Assembly (NCBI RefSeq): GCF_055900595.2
Contig: NZ_CM148325.1
DNA: 64,000 nucleotides
Direction: 5' to 3' (one strand)
Shown here: positions 59,085 to 64,000 of the stretch, piece by piece
Numbering within the stretch: the stretch's first letter is position 1
How the letters are laid out: the number at the start of each line of letters is the position of its first letter
Position numbers and translations under genes: made by a program
Notes under the pieces: model-generated
What the model was told of the DNA's origin: nothing
The model's database searches: none
What the model saw: the letters and a program-made list of their open reading frames with translations, nothing else

Positions 59085-60245
59085 TTACCCCTTGTTTGCA
59101 GCCCGGAAGCCATTTTCCAGGTCGGCAATTAAATCTTCGCCATCTTCAATACCGGTGGAGATACGCAGCAGCGTCTCGGAGATCCCGGCGGCAGCACGCG
59201 CTTCTGGCGCCATGCCTGCATGTGTCATGGTTGCGGCGTGAGAGATTAAACTTTCCACTCCCCCTAATGATTCCGCCAGCGTAAACAACGACAACCCGCC
59301 CAGGAAACGACGCAGCGTCTGCTCATCGCCATCCAGTTCAAAACTCAACATTGCGCCAAAGCCTTTTTGCTGGCGCGCAGCAATTTCATGCCCCTGATTT
59401 TCCGGCAGCGACGGGTGATACAGTTTTTTCACTAACGGCTGGGTTTGCAGATATTTCACTATCGCCTGCGCGTTGCGCTGCGCCAGCTCCATACGCGGCA
59501 CCAGCGTTCGCAAACCGCGCAGCAACAAATAACTGTCAAACGCGCCGCCCGTCACGCCAATATTGTTTGCCCACCAGGCCAGTTCGGTGACAACGTCCGG
59601 GTCTTTAGCAATCACCACGCCAGCCACTACATCTGAGTGACCGTTCAGATATTTCGTGCATGAATGCAACACCAGATCGGCACCTAATGCCAGTGGATTT
59701 TGTAATGCCGGGCTTAAGAAGGTGTTATCCACCACGCTCACCGCCCCGACTTCCCTTGCCAGATGGCAGATTTTCGCAATATCCACGACGCGTAACAATG
59801 GATTACTTGGGCTTTCTACCAGTACTAGTTTGGGTTTTTCTGCCAGTGCAGCCTGCAATGCCTGCTCATCTCCTTGATCAACAAACAGCACGCGATAACA
59901 GCCGCGTTTCGCCAGGCTGTCGAACAGGCGATAGCTGCCGCCGTAGCAGTCGTGCGGCGCAACCAGCAAATCGCCAGGTTTCAAAAAGACGGTCGTTACC
60001 AGGTGGATGGCAGACATGCCGGTATTAGTCAGCACTGCACCAGCACCGCCTTCCAGTTCAGCCAGCGCACGCTGAACCACATCGCGCGTTGGGTTTCCGC
60101 GACGCGAGTAATCATGCGCGCGCGGTTCATTAAATCCGGTAAAGTTATAGGTGCTGGAAAGATGGATGGGAGGGACAACGCAACCATACTGTTCGTCGTC
60201 ATTTAACCCGCTACGCACTGCAATGGTGGCCTGTTTACGCGTCAT
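59085..60245 (-). CDS. metB: cystathionine gamma-synthase
   Basis: ORF 59085..60422; the internal start MTRKQATIAVRSGLNDDEQYG gives 386 aa, the length I recall for MetB; PLP-binding Lys region (HSCTKYLNGHSD). Confidence 0.95.
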   Translation of the reverse strand: MTRKQATIAVRSGLNDDEQYGCVVPPIHLSSTYNFTGFNEPRAHDYSRRGNPTRDVVQRALAELEGGAGAVLTNTGMSAIHLVTTVFLKPGDLLVAPHDCYGGSYRLFDSLAKRGCYRVLFVDQGDEQALQAALAEKPKLVLVESPSNPLLRVVDIAKICHLAREVGAVSVVDNTFLSPALQNPLALGADLVLHSCTKYLNGHSDVVAGVVIAKDPDVVTELAWWANNIGVTGGAFDSYLLLRGLRTLVPRMELAQRNAQAIVKYLQTQPLVKKLYHPSLPENQGHEIAARQQKGFGAMLSFELDGDEQTLRRFLGGLSLFTLAESLGGVESLISHAATMTHAGMAPEARAAAGISETLLRISTGIEDGEDLIADLENGFRAANKG

Positions 60246-60304
60246 GTGATGAAGTTCCCTGGGCTTGGTCGGTGAAATGTCAGGCACCAGAGTAAACATT
60301 GTGT

Positions 60305-60340
60305 TAATGGACGTCAATACATCTGGACATCTAAACTTCT
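60305..60340. promoter_or_regulatory. MetJ operator (tandem met boxes) in the metB/metJ divergent region
   Basis: TGGACGTCAATACATCTGGACATCTAAACTTCT, four tandem 8-bp AGACGTCT-like repeats. Confidence 0.75.
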
Positions 60341-60521
60341 TTGCGTATAGATTGAGCAAATCCCAAATAGCCGTTAAAATTATATGCATTATCACGCCGA
60401 CAGGTGCATTACACGATGTCACGGTAACGCCTGTACGGTAAACTATGCGGGTTTACGGTCAGTACCCACATAAATTGTGTGGTCTGGTCTCAATTTATTG
60501 ACGAAGAGGATTAAGTATCTC

Positions 60522-60839
60522 ATGGCTGAATGGAGCGGCGAATATATCAGCCCATACGCTGAGCACGGCAAGAAGAGTGAACAAGTCAAAAAGATTACGG
60601 TTTCCATTCCTCTTAAGGTGTTAAAAATCCTCACCGATGAACGCACGCGTCGTCAGGTGAACAACCTGCGTCACGCTACCAACAGCGAGCTGCTGTGCGA
60701 AGCGTTTCTGCATGCCTTTACCGGGCAACCTCTGCCGGATGATGCCGATCTGCGTAAAGAGCGCAGCGACGAAATCCCGGAAGCGGCAAAAGAGATCATG
60801 CGTGAGATGGGGATTAACCCGGAAACGTGGGAATACTAA
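60522..60839 (+). CDS. metJ: methionine repressor (ribbon-helix-helix)
   Basis: ORF 60477..60839; the internal start [30 protein letters not shown] gives 105 aa, the length I recall for MetJ. Confidence 0.95.
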
Positions 60840-60898
60840 AGCGGAAAAGAGCGGCGCGGAGTTAACCAGCCGCTTTTTTCATACATGGACGTTTAACT

Positions 60899-61507
60899 AT
60901 GAAATACAGGCTACTGATCCTCAGCCTGCTGGTTTCTGTGCCTGCCTTTGCCTGGCAGCCGCAAACTGGCGACATCATCTTTCAAATCTCTCGCTCATCG
61001 CAAAGTAAAGCGATCCAACTGGCGACCCATTCCGATTACAGCCACACCGGTATGCTGGTGATGCGTAACAAAAAGCCCTACGTTTTTGAAGCGGTCGGCC
61101 CGGTGAAATACACCCCGCTCAAGCAGTGGATCGCCCATGGTGAAAAGGGCAAATACGTTGTTCGCCGCGTTGAAGGCGGACTGAGTGTTGAACAACAGCA
61201 AAAACTGGCGCAAACGGCAAAACGTTATCTCGGCAAACCGTACGATTTCAGCTTCTCGTGGAGTGATGATCGCCAGTACTGTTCGGAAGTAGTGTGGAAG
61301 GTTTACCAGAACGCACTGGGAATGCACGTGGGTGAACAGCAAAAACTGAAAGAGTTCGATCTCAGCAACCCGCTGGTTCAGGCGAAGCTCAAAGAACGTT
61401 ACGGGAAAAATATTCCGCTTGAGGAAACGGTGGTCTCGCCACAAGCCGTTTTCGATGCGCCACAACTCACCACAGTCGCCAAAGAATGGCCGCTGTTTTC
61501 GTGGTAA
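60899..61507 (+). CDS. yiiX: DUF830-family putative lipid-binding hydrolase / peptidoglycan peptidase-like protein
   Basis: 202-aa ORF with a signal peptide (MKYRLLILSLLVSVPAFA) and conserved Cys/His residues; syntenic position. Confidence 0.85.
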   Translation: MKYRLLILSLLVSVPAFAWQPQTGDIIFQISRSSQSKAIQLATHSDYSHTGMLVMRNKKPYVFEAVGPVKYTPLKQWIAHGEKGKYVVRRVEGGLSVEQQQKLAQTAKRYLGKPYDFSFSWSDDRQYCSEVVWKVYQNALGMHVGEQQKLKEFDLSNPLVQAKLKERYGKNIPLEETVVSPQAVFDAPQLTTVAKEWPLFSW

Positions 61508-61527
61508 TACGACCAAAATTCAGACAC

Positions 61528-61555
61528 AAAAAAAGCGCCGTGCGGCGCTTTTTTC
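61528..61555. terminator. bidirectional intrinsic terminator between yiiX and rpmE
   Basis: AAAAAAGCGCCG-TGC-GGCGCTTTTTT, a hairpin flanked by A- and T-runs. Confidence 0.8.
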
Positions 61556-61567
61556 GGAAATCCGGTC

Positions 61568-61819
<252 letters not shown>

Positions 61820-61823
61820 CTAA

Positions 61824-64000
<2,177 letters not shown>

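Overview
This window is an Escherichia coli-type chromosomal segment, in reverse orientation relative to the K-12 reference map, running from the rrnB ribosomal operon to priA. Recognisable core genes, in order: rrlB (partial), gltT tRNA-Glu, rrsB, the rrnB P1/P2 promoters, murI, btuB with its cobalamin riboswitch, trmA, yijD, fabR, sthA, oxyR, oxyS, argHBC, argE, ppc, eptC, yijO, frwD-pflC-pflD-frwB-frwC, ptsA, fsaB, gldA, yijF, yijE, katG, metF, metL, metB, metJ, yiiX, rpmE and priA (partial). Most core gene starts were reassigned from the longest-ORF track to the N-termini and protein lengths I recall for K-12. Two blocks interrupt this order and, from memory, are not part of the K-12 arrangement. 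Island 1 (about 11.35-23.56 kb, between oxyS and argH) carries an MFS transporter plus rspA-like dehydratase, a decayed second copy of the oxyS 3' end, and an operon of a monosaccharide ABC transporter, an FGGY kinase, an L-ribulose-5-P 3-epimerase, a DeoR regulator and a divergent L-ribulose-5-P 4-epimerase. Island 2 (about 49.0-56.6 kb, between metF and metL) carries three paralogous secreted UshA-family 5'-nucleotidases, a Tsx-like outer-membrane nucleoside channel and an orphan Cys-rich protein with a transposase-type zinc ribbon. Island 2 is the strongest candidate for an undescribed system (an extracellular nucleotide-processing and nucleoside-uptake module), but its function is inferred from family resemblance only. 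All family assignments come from reading the translations against remembered sequences; no database search was run.
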